A DNA stretch of 29,302 bases from positions 1 through 29,302 of the forward strand of contig CAVYRH010000012.1 in the NCBI GenBank assembly GCA_963770835.1, written 5' to 3'. The position numbers and the translations under genes are program-made. The stretch is from an uncultured Pseudomonadota bacterium (GTDB lineage Bacteria > Oederibacteriota > Muellerivitia > Muellerivitales > Muellerivitaceae). Position 1 is the stretch's first letter; the number at the start of each line of letters is the position of its first letter. This document shows, in pieces, positions 1 to 9,680 of this stretch. The notes under the pieces are model-generated. The model made no database searches. It was given only the letters and a program-made list of their open reading frames with translations, and was not told the DNA's origin.

Positions 1-1604
1 TGGGGCTTATCGCCAGCACGGTCTACCTCGGACAAATCGGCTTTGGTTCCTCGAAGCACCAGCTATCCAGGGCCGTCTTTCTTCGGATCATCGTTCCGGT
101 CGTCTGCATCACTTGTTGGCCCTTTTGGACGTCCTTCACCTGCCGGCTTTCTTCGAACGCGGCCATACTGATTTATTCCCAAAACAGTTTCATCACAAAC
201 GGGGGGGCCTTTTCTTCCCTCACGAATTTTGACGTCACGACGGACACCGGGGGCCAAGGGGTGGCTCAACAAAATGAACGAACGAACTTCCTTTATGAAT
301 TCAACCTGGGAAAGGTCTTCGCCTGGTCCTTCGCGATGTTCCTTTGTGTGATGGGGCTCTATTGGGGATGGAACAAAACCGCCGCCGGGAACGGAGGAGG
401 GTTCGCCATCCTTGCAACGGCTGGGCTTTGCCTTGTTCTCATCACCCTTCTTCCGTCCATTTACACCTACTTGAACTACAACGTGGGCGTTGGGAACCTT
501 GCCCAAACCTCCCAAGAAGCCCCCCTCTTTTCATCTTCGGGTGTCTTGCCGACTAACCCCGCCGCTCAATTGAACCTTCCCCAGGAAAGTCATCCCATTA
601 TTCAAATAGGCCAACCAAGGGTTGCCCCCCAGGACCCCAACCCTGACCCCGTCAAGTATCCCAATGACACCTGGTCCAATCTTCTGAATTCCGGTATCCA
701 GGTTTTTGTTTCCCTTTTTGGCATCCTTATTTGCATCGCAATCCTGATCGCCAAGGGCTACCAGGTCGTCATGCTCATCCTCTATTTTTTCCTCATGTTC
801 GCCTTTTTCGGTTGCTACGGGCACCCGGATTGGGAGGATTTGACCTTCGCCGGGGCCTGGGCTTACATCAAACTTCTTTTCCAAAACGTGATTTGGGGCG
901 TTGGATTTTTCCTTTTGAATCTCATCCCTCACCTCAACTGGACCCCAACCGGCCAGGCGGCCGGGCAGGGAACGATCATGACGGCTTTCGGCCTTCTCTC
1001 CGCCCTTATGGTCATCCAAAACACCAAAGATATCGCCGACGTTTTCACGAAAACGAAATCCCATTACGAGGGTTCCGCTGGACAGATTTTCAGGGACGTC
1101 ACCCGTGTCATGGGTTTAGGCATTGGGGGCGCGAACCTGGCTTCCAGGGTTCTTGAAGCCTCCACGGGTCAGATCGGTCAAAAGGTCGCGGGCGGGGTAG
1201 GGGGAGGTGTCGGAGCGGCCACCGGGGCGCTCGGTGGGCTTCTCATCGGGAACCCCGCCGCTGGCGCGAAGCTCGGGATGAAAGTCGGATCCACCGTCGG
1301 CCAACAAAGCACCAAGGCGGTCAACGCCGTCAGCAGGACCCTCGGCAAGGCCACCAGCGGGAACCCTTTCAGGCCCGGGAATAATTTCGCCTCGATGAGG
1401 CAACCCAAGGGGACCGCCGGCGCCCAGGGGGCGCCTGGCCAGCCTGGATCCTCCGGGACGAAGGACGCCACACCCAAAGGGCCGCAGATCAACGCCATGC
1501 GTTTCGGTTCCCGGAACGTCGGCGGATCGACTGGATTCCGCCAATCACCGAAAAACTATCCGGGCCGAGGGTCTCAAGGCCCCAAGCCTTCGTTCAAGAA
1601 ATAA
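1..1604 (+). CDS. VirB6/TrbL-like polytopic T4SS membrane protein, 5' truncated
   Basis: Frame of the 261..1604 ORF is open back to position 3 (GLIASTVYLG...); many TM segments; Gly/Ala-rich C-tail; lies upstream of virB3/virB4-like genes. Confidence 0.65.
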   Translation, partial: GLIASTVYLGQIGFGSSKHQLSRAVFLRIIVPVVCITCWPFWTSFTCRLSSNAAILIYSQNSFITNGGAFSSLTNFDVTTDTGGQGVAQQNERTNFLYEFNLGKVFAWSFAMFLCVMGLYWGWNKTAAGNGGGFAILATAGLCLVLITLLPSIYTYLNYNVGVGNLAQTSQEAPLFSSSGVLPTNPAAQLNLPQESHPIIQIGQPRVAPQDPNPDPVKYPNDTWSNLLNSGIQVFVSLFGILICIAILIAKGYQVVMLILYFFLMFAFFGCYGHPDWEDLTFAGAWAYIKLLFQNVIWGVGFFLLNLIPHLNWTPTGQAAGQGTIMTAFGLLSALMVIQNTKDIADVFTKTKSHYEGSAGQIFRDVTRVMGLGIGGANLASRVLEASTGQIGQKVAGGVGGGVGAATGALGGLLIGNPAAGAKLGMKVGSTVGQQSTKAVNAVSRTLGKATSGNPFRPGNNFASMRQPKGTAGAQGAPGQPGSSGTKDATPKGPQINAMRFGSRNVGGSTGFRQSPKNYPGRGSQGPKPSFKK

Positions 1605-1613
1605 GGATTCGAC

Positions 1614-1925
1614 ATGAGTAAGCCCCTTGACCAGCCTCCCAAGTTCCTCGAACTTTTCCCGATCAACGATTTCATGGTCGTCGGTGGATTCGTCGTCCTG
1701 AACGTGCCGCTTTTCCTCCTCTTGTCCCACTTATTCGGCTTCATCTTTTCGATCATAGCCTGTGGGTCGTCCTGCTACGGGGTCTTTTGGTTCTTCATCA
1801 TCAAGAACAAAATGCCGAGGGGGTTTTTCGAATTCGTCCTGGCTTTCATCACCAAACCCAAGCTCCTGCTCCCGGGCCGGGAGAGGTCGCAAATCATCGA
1901 GAGGAAGGAAAGCGCAAATGGCTGA
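1614..1925 (+). CDS. VirB3/PrgI-like small membrane protein
   Basis: 103 aa, two TM segments, overlaps the start of the VirB4-like gene. Confidence 0.6.
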   Translation: MSKPLDQPPKFLELFPINDFMVVGGFVVLNVPLFLLLSHLFGFIFSIIACGSSCYGVFWFFIIKNKMPRGFFEFVLAFITKPKLLLPGRERSQIIERKESANG

Positions 1926-4464
1926 TTCAGTTAAGGAGGGCGTTGCCGCCGAGAGATTGAGGTTGGCCAAGGTAGGCGACGGGTACATTGAACTCAACAC
2001 TCCCCGGAGGTTCGTGTCCGTGTTCAAGCTCGCCGGCGGCGTGAACCCCTATAACGACGACGACCAGGCCATCCAGGGAAAGGTCGCCCAATTCGACAAC
2101 GCCATCCGCCAGTTGAGGGCCAACGAGGAAATACAAGTCCTCCTGCGCCGGGTTCCGGTCCAGGGGGAGAAGCTCGCCGCCGATTTCCGGGAATCCTGCT
2201 CTGAAAATGCCCCGGAGGGCTACCGCAACCACTTCAACGCAAGGCAGGAGGAATGGATCGAGGATTTCGCCGCCAACAATTCACTTTGCGGCTTCGAGAC
2301 CTACCTTCTTTTCACCATCAACCAGGACACAAAGCCCGTTTCCGAATCCATGTTCGACTTCTTCACGGGCCTTATTTCGTCCTCCAAACCCAAGCCGTCC
2401 GATCCCCTGCAGAATCTCGACGAAGTCCAACGCCGGGCCAAGACCTGGTGCACTTCCTTGACCGTGGCCGGGCTTGGGATCGAGGAGCTTTCGAAAGGGG
2501 ACATTTACCGGCTTCTCTATTCGGAAATCAATCTCATGCCTTGGTTGGGAAGCGTCGCCGGCTTCGAACGGACCGAAAGCGTCTCGGCCGGCCCGGACGG
2601 GTTCCAAACCCTCCGCGAGGCCCTGGCCACCCAACCCATCGAGGTCGAACCCAGGCACGTCAAGGTGGGCGAAACCTACGTCCGGACCATGAGCGTCATG
2701 AATTTCCCCATCTTCGGGGAGAAGCCGTTGTTCCTCTACCAATTCCTCGAGCAGGTGGAGAATTTCAAGATAAGCCTTTTCGTCCGGGGGGTCGACCAGG
2801 ACCTCGGGAAAAGCATCATCAAGAAACAATTGAACCAGGACAGCTCGTCATTCTCTCCGGACGGCCGCAAGAAGAATTACGACAGCGAGGCCAGCGGCAT
2901 CAAGAGGGACGCGACCCTGGCTGAGATCGCCCAGGGTGATACCGGCCTGGCCAAGTCGGCCCTTTTCGTCTCCGTCTACGGCAGCTCCGAATCCGACCTC
3001 AAGGACAAGTACGAGAACTTCGCTTCCAGGCTCCCGGATATCCACAAGTACGACGGCGTTTTCCAGCAGGAACAGCTTTTCTTTTCGACCCTCCCGCTTT
3101 GCTTCAACGAGGTCCAACAGAAGCACGAATGGATGAGGACGACCGCGGACATTTCCAACTGCTGGCCTTTTTTCATGGACCCCATGGCGGACGACAGCGG
3201 TGTCATCCTCGGTTATTCGGAAACCAACCAGGTCGTCAAGATCGACCTTTACACCAGCAGGAACGAGAACAACAACATCGCCATATTCGGGTCGTCCGGC
3301 TCCGGGAAAAGCGTCGGGGCGCAGGTCATCTTGAACCGCCTCATGCCCCAGGGGCCCTTCGGGACCATCATCGACCGCTCCGGGACCTACGCCACCACTT
3401 GCGACGCGGCGGGCGGTGAATACATCAAGTACGACCTTCAATGCAAGAAACACGCGAACCCCTTCGACTGCCCGGAGGAATCCTACCGGATAAAGGGCGT
3501 CGTCTCGGAGGACCAGGAGGAGGCCGCGATGGGTTTCGTCTCGACCGTCCTCTCTGAGATAACCGAGGAGGGCAAGGAAAGGCCGATGACCCAGGTGGAG
3601 ACTTCCCTTATCTTCACCGCCATCAAGAGGACCTATCTTCGGATTTTCAAGGAAACGAAGGGGGAGAAATACCCCCTCCTGCGCGACGTCAGAAGGACGT
3701 TCCTTGAAATGTCCAAGTCCGGGGAAGTTTCGGAGAAAAGCCGCGAAACCTGCATGACCTTCGCCGAAATCCTCCTCCAATACGTCGAGGACGGCCCTTA
3801 CGCCAACATCTGCGACCGGGAGACGAACATCGACCCCCAAAACCCCCTTCTGGTCTTCGACACCGCTTTGATGGCCAAGCGGCCGAAACTCAAGGCCTTG
3901 GTGACCTACCTGATCACCTCCTTCGCTTTCGCCCGGGCGCGTTATTGCCACGACCAGGGCCGCCGGGCCTTCACGCTTTGCGACGAGCTTTGGGACCTCA
4001 TCAGCACGCACTCCGGCCGCCAGCTGGCGGACATCCTCTCCAGGACCTCACGCCACTTGGGGAACGCCTTCATCCCCATCACGCAAAGGATTTCCGACGT
4101 GACCGGGAACGAGGAAGCCAGGACCATCCTGGACAACGCCGGCACGAAGATTTTCCTCAAGCTTGGCGACCAGGACCGGGCGCTTTGCGCGCAAGCTTTC
4201 GAACTCAATGAAAAGGATTCCCGGCAGGTTTCGAGCCTCCACATGCTCCGCAACGTCTATTCCAAGGCCTACATCAAAACGGCTTACCGGCAGGGAGCCG
4301 TTTATATCGTGGCCGACCCCTTGACCAGGTGGATCTCCACTTCATTCCCGGCCGACCGGGATTTGCGGAAGGAATACATGGCCAGCTTCAACCCCGAAGG
4401 AACGGTGGAGGGTTGCTGGTACGCCCTTTACAAACTTGTCGAGCACGAAATAGAACCCATTTAA
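1918..4464 (+). CDS. virB4: VirB4-family conjugation ATPase
   Basis: ATG 1918 with GGAAGGA RBS; Walker A GSSGSGKS, IIDRSGTY, Walker B LCDELW, SRHLG..ITQ, NAGTKIFL. Confidence 0.9.
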   Translation: MADSVKEGVAAERLRLAKVGDGYIELNTPRRFVSVFKLAGGVNPYNDDDQAIQGKVAQFDNAIRQLRANEEIQVLLRRVPVQGEKLAADFRESCSENAPEGYRNHFNARQEEWIEDFAANNSLCGFETYLLFTINQDTKPVSESMFDFFTGLISSSKPKPSDPLQNLDEVQRRAKTWCTSLTVAGLGIEELSKGDIYRLLYSEINLMPWLGSVAGFERTESVSAGPDGFQTLREALATQPIEVEPRHVKVGETYVRTMSVMNFPIFGEKPLFLYQFLEQVENFKISLFVRGVDQDLGKSIIKKQLNQDSSSFSPDGRKKNYDSEASGIKRDATLAEIAQGDTGLAKSALFVSVYGSSESDLKDKYENFASRLPDIHKYDGVFQQEQLFFSTLPLCFNEVQQKHEWMRTTADISNCWPFFMDPMADDSGVILGYSETNQVVKIDLYTSRNENNNIAIFGSSGSGKSVGAQVILNRLMPQGPFGTIIDRSGTYATTCDAAGGEYIKYDLQCKKHANPFDCPEESYRIKGVVSEDQEEAAMGFVSTVLSEITEEGKERPMTQVETSLIFTAIKRTYLRIFKETKGEKYPLLRDVRRTFLEMSKSGEVSEKSRETCMTFAEILLQYVEDGPYANICDRETNIDPQNPLLVFDTALMAKRPKLKALVTYLITSFAFARARYCHDQGRRAFTLCDELWDLISTHSGRQLADILSRTSRHLGNAFIPITQRISDVTGNEEARTILDNAGTKIFLKLGDQDRALCAQAFELNEKDSRQVSSLHMLRNVYSKAYIKTAYRQGAVYIVADPLTRWISTSFPADRDLRKEYMASFNPEGTVEGCWYALYKLVEHEIEPI

Positions 4465-4480
4465 ACCGAAAGGATAGGTC

Positions 4481-5068
4481 ATGCAAAAGCTAGGAAAAAT
4501 ACAAACGAACCCGTCGACTTCGAAGGGAAAAGGGAAGGGGTTCATCTTCGGAACGGGGGCGGTCATCGTCTTGGTCGTCGCGGCGCTTCTTTCGTCCCAA
4601 AACGGGTTCAACTTCAAAACCTCCAAGCCCGCGGCCGCGGCCGAGGACAATCCCGACCACGACCTGGTTTATTACGAGGCCTTCGCCCAAAAGGTCTGCA
4701 TCGCCCTCAACAACATCAGCTACGTCAACTTGCTTCCCGACGCCAACAACGAAATTCCATACTTCAAGACGCTGGACCCCTACTTCGACCAAGCCACGGG
4801 ATTCAAGGTCCACAACGGCTTCATGGACACCGAGCACCAGCAGAAAATCATGGCGTTGAAGCTTTTCTGCACGGCTGAGAACATCAATCTCGTGAGCGCG
4901 GAGAGCGGGAGCGCCGGCGTGACCGTCTGGATCACCGGGACGAACCAATACGCCTCCGCCGCCAAGATGACGACCGCCAACTGGCCTTTCTCGATCAAGC
5001 TGGTGGTCCAGAAATCCGGGGCCGACTACAAGGTGACCGACTTCATCCTCCAACAGAGCAAGTCATGA
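4481..5068 (+). CDS. Bitopic T4SS component (VirB8-like by position and topology)
   Basis: One N-terminal TM helix, helical then beta-rich C-domain ending YKVTDF; follows virB4. Confidence 0.45.
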   Translation: MQKLGKIQTNPSTSKGKGKGFIFGTGAVIVLVVAALLSSQNGFNFKTSKPAAAAEDNPDHDLVYYEAFAQKVCIALNNISYVNLLPDANNEIPYFKTLDPYFDQATGFKVHNGFMDTEHQQKIMALKLFCTAENINLVSAESGSAGVTVWITGTNQYASAAKMTTANWPFSIKLVVQKSGADYKVTDFILQQSKS

Positions 5069-6615
5069 CGGAAGCCTTCGCCGAGGGCAACCCCGAGAAA
5101 GCCCAAAAGCTCTACATCAACGTCGACTACCTGAAATCGAAGGGCCAATACCAGGACGCCCTGGATATCCTCGACGAGATCATCAAAAAGCACGACCCCA
5201 CCCATTTCCGACCCTACCGGGAAGCGGCGGAAATTTTCCTTTCGTTCGACCAGGCCGACGGGGCCATCGGCATCCTCAACGAATACAAAACCAACGTCCT
5301 GGCGAAAAAAGGAAAGGCCGAATTCACGGCGGAAACGACCCTTAACAATGACGACGTAAAATTCCTTGTCCTGGCCGGCAAGGCCCATCTCCTCAAGAAA
5401 CACTACCCCGCCGTCCAGAATTTCGTCTCGCTCGTCCTCAAAAACCAGCACTCGAACACCGAAGCGGTCGAGCTCCAGGCCGACCTATGGTTCGGCGAAA
5501 AAAAGTTTCCCGAGGCGATCAGGCTTTACCAAAGCCTTTTCAAGCAGGACTACCATCCCCAACAGATGCTTTTTTCCCTGGCCCTGGCCCATAACGAGAT
5601 CGACGAACCGGAATGGGCCATGTCCTACATCACCGACCTCCAAAAGAGCATGAAGGACCCCGCCCTCGACGAACTTTACGAAACGACCCTGAAAGCCCTC
5701 GCCTTGAAGCAGTTGAAGATGGACCAGTCCATCCGTTTCCCCGAAACCCTCTTCATCCGTTTTTTCCCGGGACTTGTCGAGAAGAAAATCATCGATAGGT
5801 CGAATTCCTCTATTTCCAACGACAAGAACTTCCAGGACCGGTTCACCGACCCGATGACGGGGGTCTTTGCGATGGAAGCGATAAAGGTGAAGCTCCCCAT
5901 CTTCCACGCCCGGGCCAAGGGCCAGTTTTTCATCGGATGCACGGACATTGACTATTTCAAATCCGTCAACGATTGCCTTGGCCACGACATCGGGGACGAG
6001 ACGATCAAGGCCTACGGAAAGGCCCTCCTTGAATTCTTCCCGGGAAAGGTGTTTCGCAACAAGAAAGGCGATGAATTCGTCTGGTGTTTCGAAGGGACGG
6101 AGAAAGACTGCCTCGACAGGGCCGTCGACTTCCGCCGGCACGTCGAGGACAAGCTGCGCCTGGTCATCAACGAGGCCATCCTGAAATCCCCGATCATCGA
6201 CTCCAAAACCCAACAGAAGGTTTTCATGAATTGGGATTTGACCTGCTCCCAGGGGATCGCCGAATGGGAGGACGGGAAGGAAATGGAAAAGGTCATCAAG
6301 GAGGCCGACCTGAATTCCTACGAGTCAAAGGCCGTTAAGGTCGGCCGCAACGCCATCTTCTACAAGTTCAAGCTGCTGGACAAGGGGGCGCGGCCCATCC
6401 AATACAACAAGACCCTCGTGAAGCATTTGAATCTCATGGCGCAAGACAAGGGGTACGAAACCTGGTGGAAGATGTTGGAGAAGGCGCCCATGGACTTGAG
6501 GAACGAGGTACTGAAGGCCGCGAACCAGGCTTCGGACGACGAGATCAAGAAAGCCGCCTTCGACGAAGAAGAAGCCGCCGTGCCTGATGGCGGTCAAAAA
6601 GCCGTAACGGGTTAA
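5065..6615 (+). CDS. TPR-repeat + GGDEF-domain protein with variant signature KGDEF
   Basis: N-terminal TPR-like helices; TDPMTG, DIDYFKSVND.LGHDIGD, RNKKGDEF, TCSQGIA, EADLNSYESK..VGRN; ATGA overlap with the upstream gene. Confidence 0.85.
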   Translation: MTEAFAEGNPEKAQKLYINVDYLKSKGQYQDALDILDEIIKKHDPTHFRPYREAAEIFLSFDQADGAIGILNEYKTNVLAKKGKAEFTAETTLNNDDVKFLVLAGKAHLLKKHYPAVQNFVSLVLKNQHSNTEAVELQADLWFGEKKFPEAIRLYQSLFKQDYHPQQMLFSLALAHNEIDEPEWAMSYITDLQKSMKDPALDELYETTLKALALKQLKMDQSIRFPETLFIRFFPGLVEKKIIDRSNSSISNDKNFQDRFTDPMTGVFAMEAIKVKLPIFHARAKGQFFIGCTDIDYFKSVNDCLGHDIGDETIKAYGKALLEFFPGKVFRNKKGDEFVWCFEGTEKDCLDRAVDFRRHVEDKLRLVINEAILKSPIIDSKTQQKVFMNWDLTCSQGIAEWEDGKEMEKVIKEADLNSYESKAVKVGRNAIFYKFKLLDKGARPIQYNKTLVKHLNLMAQDKGYETWWKMLEKAPMDLRNEVLKAANQASDDEIKKAAFDEEEAAVPDGGQKAVTG

Positions 6616-6624
6616 GGGGGATAC

Positions 6625-6939
6625 ATGGCCACGAGCGTCGAACTTCTGGAACCGACCTACATCAACAAGAAGGGGATTAAGGCGAGATTCTCGGCCCGGG
6701 TTTCCTGGGAAGGCGGAAAGAAGTACGTCATCTTCACAAACATTTTCGCCGTCGAAAGAAGGACCGGGATCAAGCTGAAGTTCCCGGGCGAAATGGATCT
6801 CCCCCAACAAACGCCGGTCATCGATGGCGAAAAACCACGGAAGAAATCCCTGCCGGCCTATCCGAACAAGGACCTCCGGGACGAGATAACCATTGAGGTC
6901 CTCAATTTTCTCAGGAAGATTGAAAGGGCCGATTCGTAG
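6625..6939 (+). CDS. Divergent SpoVG-like nucleic-acid-binding protein
   Basis: KGIKARFSARV...NIFAVERRTGIKLKFP...YPNKDLRDEITIEVL follows the SpoVG pattern; good RBS. Confidence 0.5.
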   Translation: MATSVELLEPTYINKKGIKARFSARVSWEGGKKYVIFTNIFAVERRTGIKLKFPGEMDLPQQTPVIDGEKPRKKSLPAYPNKDLRDEITIEVLNFLRKIERADS

Positions 6940-7051
6940 CTCTTTGAAAACTGATTTAACTGGCTTTTCCCACAACCCCTTGTAGACTCGGCATTACCCA
7001 CCCACAAATTTTACTTGTATTAGTAAGATAATATATTATTATACTGAAATC

Positions 7052-7267
7052 ATGGTAACAAAGGTAATTCTAACCAAACTCCATTGTGAGCGTTGCGAGC
7101 ATGATTGGATCCCAAGATCCGAGAAGCTCCCGCACCATTGCCCAAAGTGCCATTCGCCCTATTGGAACAAGCCGCGCGGTTTACAGCGTGGCCGGCCCCG
7201 TAATCAGGCGCTTCTTCCCTTTGAGGCCGAGGCTAGGGCTGCGAGGCCAAAAACATCACGTCGTTAA
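7052..7267 (+). CDS. Small zinc-ribbon protein
   Basis: CERC-x2-W-x-PR...CPKC-x-SPYW; AT-rich promoter-like sequence immediately upstream. Confidence 0.7.
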   Translation: MVTKVILTKLHCERCEHDWIPRSEKLPHHCPKCHSPYWNKPRGLQRGRPRNQALLPFEAEARAARPKTSRR

Positions 7268-7305
7268 ATGTTTTTCGGAGGATTTTGATTTGAGCGAATG
7301 AGTAG

Positions 7306-7344
7306 AAATAAAAAACCCCGAACACTTCGCAGTGTTCAGGGTTT
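7306..7344 (-). terminator. Intrinsic terminator for a minus-strand transcript
   Basis: Minus strand reads AAACCCTGAACACT-GCGA-AGTGTTCGGGG followed by TTTTTTATTT. Confidence 0.7.
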
Positions 7345-7500
7345 CATTGGTTTCTGCCTGATCTGAAAAATCTCTTGGCGGGGACTTCAGATGAGGCTTT
7401 TGATTCACACGCTAGAAGTGCGTCTTCAACGCCCTTTTTGCGTTCTGGACACTCACACGGGGCCTTCCTTCGCGGGGCCGGTCCCAACAGTGAAGCCATT
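7306..7500 (-). ncRNA. Predicted counter-transcribed antisense RNA over the rep leader
   Basis: Consensus minus-strand promoter 7507-7534, terminator 7306-7344, internal stem-loop 7356-7397 with TTGGCGG in its loop region. Confidence 0.6.
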
Positions 7501-7506
7501 GGGATA

Positions 7507-7534
7507 ATTATATTCCCAGGCTTCCGGGTGTCAA
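7507..7534 (-). promoter_or_regulatory. Sigma70 promoter TTGACA-16-TATAAT
   Basis: Plus strand TGTCAA 7529-7534 and ATTATA 7507-7512. Confidence 0.75.
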
Positions 7535-7555
7535 TAACAAACGGAGGCCTTTAGT

Positions 7556-8656
7556 TTGATCAACAATTTCGATGATATAACCCCGTCGGATTTCTTGGAT
7601 TTAGCCGACCGGCACATTGTCACCGACTACGAGTTTTGGGAAAAGTACCTCCCGATCCTCGGCCGCGCAACTATCGGCACTTACCTTGCCCTCCGAGCCA
7701 TGGCCAAAAAGAGCCAATTCCATAAATACGATCCGCAAACCCGGGCTATTTCTTTTAAACCTACTTTCAAGGAGATTCAGGCTTTTATGGGGGTCCACCA
7801 GGACACCCTTATAAAAGACTTTAATAAACTCGAGAAAATAGACTTATTAGAGGTCGAAAGGGCCGAATCGACTGAGGCGGGTAACAAAACGCCCGTGAAC
7901 AAATACACCCTATTCGAGCCACCCACAACCGGTAGGGGTACAAAAGAAGCCACTCTAAAAAACAGAGTGGCACCAGAAAACAGAGTGGGTTTTGAAAGTC
8001 CGGTCATAGCCACTCCAAAAACCGTAGTGGGTAAGGTTGAAGTAAACAAAGGGGTTTCCGAGAAGCCACTCCATTTTACCGAGTCTAGTAGTAGTAGTTC
8101 TTTAAAGCTTTATAAAAACTACTACTACCACCGTAAACAAGACGATCCCCTTTTTCCAATCCTTGACCAATTCTTTGAAAAGAACCCAAACATAAGCGTT
8201 GAGGAATTTGAAATCTTCTTCGTGGAGTGCCTTAAAAAATTCGAGGGTAATGAGTTGTTGGCCAAGAATTACTTGGCTGAAAAACTACTGGTAGTAACGG
8301 AACATAAACAAGCCGTTTCCCCCAAAAAAGTCTTGTGGCGGGCCATTGAAAGGAATTGGAAACCAAACAAGGAAAACTTGCCGGTGGTGGGGGAAGTGAA
8401 GCCGAAGGTTAAGGAAAAAAGCTATTCCGAAAGAATGAAGGAAGAGTACAAGAAAATCGAGAAAGAAAACGACGAGGCCCGGGAGGTAAGAAAAAAATCC
8501 TCTGTGGATGAAATCATCCTGTATTTCAATTCGTTGCCTCAATTTTTTGAACTTGAGAAGAAAATCCAGTTTGTAAGGAATTGGTATCCAGGAAACCCGA
8601 ATTTGGAAGAAGCAATAATAAAAATCAGAAAGGTGGGTGAGGCGAATGGCTCGTAA
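7556..8656 (+). CDS. Replication initiator-like protein (N-terminal winged HTH)
   Basis: W..YLPILG....TYLAL...PTFKEIQ..MGV....L...L.K..LLEV...N.Y pattern; CGGAGG RBS with TTG start; internal iterons; upstream of parAB. Confidence 0.7.
   Translation: MINNFDDITPSDFLDLADRHIVTDYEFWEKYLPILGRATIGTYLALRAMAKKSQFHKYDPQTRAISFKPTFKEIQAFMGVHQDTLIKDFNKLEKIDLLEVERAESTEAGNKTPVNKYTLFEPPTTGRGTKEATLKNRVAPENRVGFESPVIATPKTVVGKVEVNKGVSEKPLHFTESSSSSSLKLYKNYYYHRKQDDPLFPILDQFFEKNPNISVEEFEIFFVECLKKFEGNELLAKNYLAEKLLVVTEHKQAVSPKKVLWRAIERNWKPNKENLPVVGEVKPKVKEKSYSERMKEEYKKIEKENDEAREVRKKSSVDEIILYFNSLPQFFELEKKIQFVRNWYPGNPNLEEAIIKIRKVGEANGS
7949..8128. repeat. Intragenic iterons plus AT-rich inverted repeat (candidate oriV)
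   Basis: GCCACTCTAAAAAACAGAGTGG 7949, CACCAGAAAACAGAGTGG 7971, GCCACTCCAAAAACCGTAGTGG 8009, GCCACTCCATTTTACCGAGT 8065; GTAGTAGTAGTT/AACTACTACTAC 8088-8128. Confidence 0.6.
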
Positions 8657-9680
8657 GATCGCCGTATACAACAAGAAAGGCGGGGTGGCGAAAACCACGG
8701 ACGCGGTGAACATCGCCGCAACCCTGGCCGCCGCCAAGAAGGCGGACGGTTCCCTGAGGAACAACGTTCTTTTGGTCGACATGGACCCGCAACAGGACGC
8801 CAGCAACTACCTGGGGGTCGGGAGTTATTTCAGGAGCGACGAAGACGAAAACCGGGACCTCGGATTGGTTTTGAAGGGGGAGAAATCCATACGGGAGGTC
8901 ATGTACACCTACCGGGCGAAAGATTGGGTTGGTCCCAACACAAAAGGCGACGACGTCTACGAGGTCAGCGAAGTAATCGATTTCGACGACGAGGGCCATG
9001 AGATCAAGAACGTAAGGAAGTACCGCGAGATCGAGATTCCCAATTTCCAGATCGTGCCGGCCTACACCAATATCGTCATGGACAAGCCGCCGGTGGACGG
9101 GAACTACGTCAAGCTTTTGCGGGCCATGAAGGCGGCCGGCCTCGAGAACCAGGCCCACTCCGAGGAATACCTGGACGAGGACAACTTCCGCGCGAGCCTG
9201 GATCCTTTCTTCATGCTGGAAACCCTCAAAGAAGTAGATTCAAGCTTCGACTACGTCATCTTCGATTGTCCCCCTTCCTGGGACCGGCTTTCCAAGATGG
9301 CGGTCTTGGCCAGCGACCAGATCATCATTCCCTTGACGCCGGGGGAATTCGAGCGCATCGGGGTCGTCCGGGTCATGGAGCAGCTGGTCTACCTCAAGAG
9401 GCAGTACGGGAAAAAGCCCGACCTCATTTTCGCCGTCATGAACAAGATCAGGGGCAATGTCCCCCGCCATATCGCCTATTGGCGGAAGAACGCAAAACAA
9501 CTCGGGGGCCTCATGTCGGACACGGGGATCCCCAACACCGAGGACGTCACCGTCTCCGTCATGGAGCAAACGCCTTTCGGGTTCACGACGTCCGCGCGGT
9601 ACAAGAACATGCGCGAGACGTTCGAACAGCTGGTCGTCGAAATCGAGAAGAAATATCAGGAAAGGGAGGTGAGGAAATGA
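8646..9680 (+). CDS. parA: ParA-family ATPase
   Basis: KKGGVAKTT deviant Walker A, LLVDMDPQ, FDYVIFDCPPS. Confidence 0.92.
   Translation: MARKIAVYNKKGGVAKTTDAVNIAATLAAAKKADGSLRNNVLLVDMDPQQDASNYLGVGSYFRSDEDENRDLGLVLKGEKSIREVMYTYRAKDWVGPNTKGDDVYEVSEVIDFDDEGHEIKNVRKYREIEIPNFQIVPAYTNIVMDKPPVDGNYVKLLRAMKAAGLENQAHSEEYLDEDNFRASLDPFFMLETLKEVDSSFDYVIFDCPPSWDRLSKMAVLASDQIIIPLTPGEFERIGVVRVMEQLVYLKRQYGKKPDLIFAVMNKIRGNVPRHIAYWRKNAKQLGGLMSDTGIPNTEDVTVSVMEQTPFGFTTSARYKNMRETFEQLVVEIEKKYQEREVRK

Noticed and set aside
1762..1917. Upstream extensions of VirB4, ParB (9266) and T4CP (10534) in the ORF track
   Set aside because: They overlap upstream genes; internal ATGs with RBS or stop-start coupling are better starts
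2848..4011. Long antisense or overlapping ORFs (387 aa here, and similar ones over T4CP, GGDEF and M15 genes)
   Set aside because: Shadow frames of GC3-rich genes with no motifs
5940..6080. Hypr-type cGAMP-producing GGDEF
   Set aside because: The guanine-specifying Asp in GH..GD is retained rather than replaced by Ser/Thr
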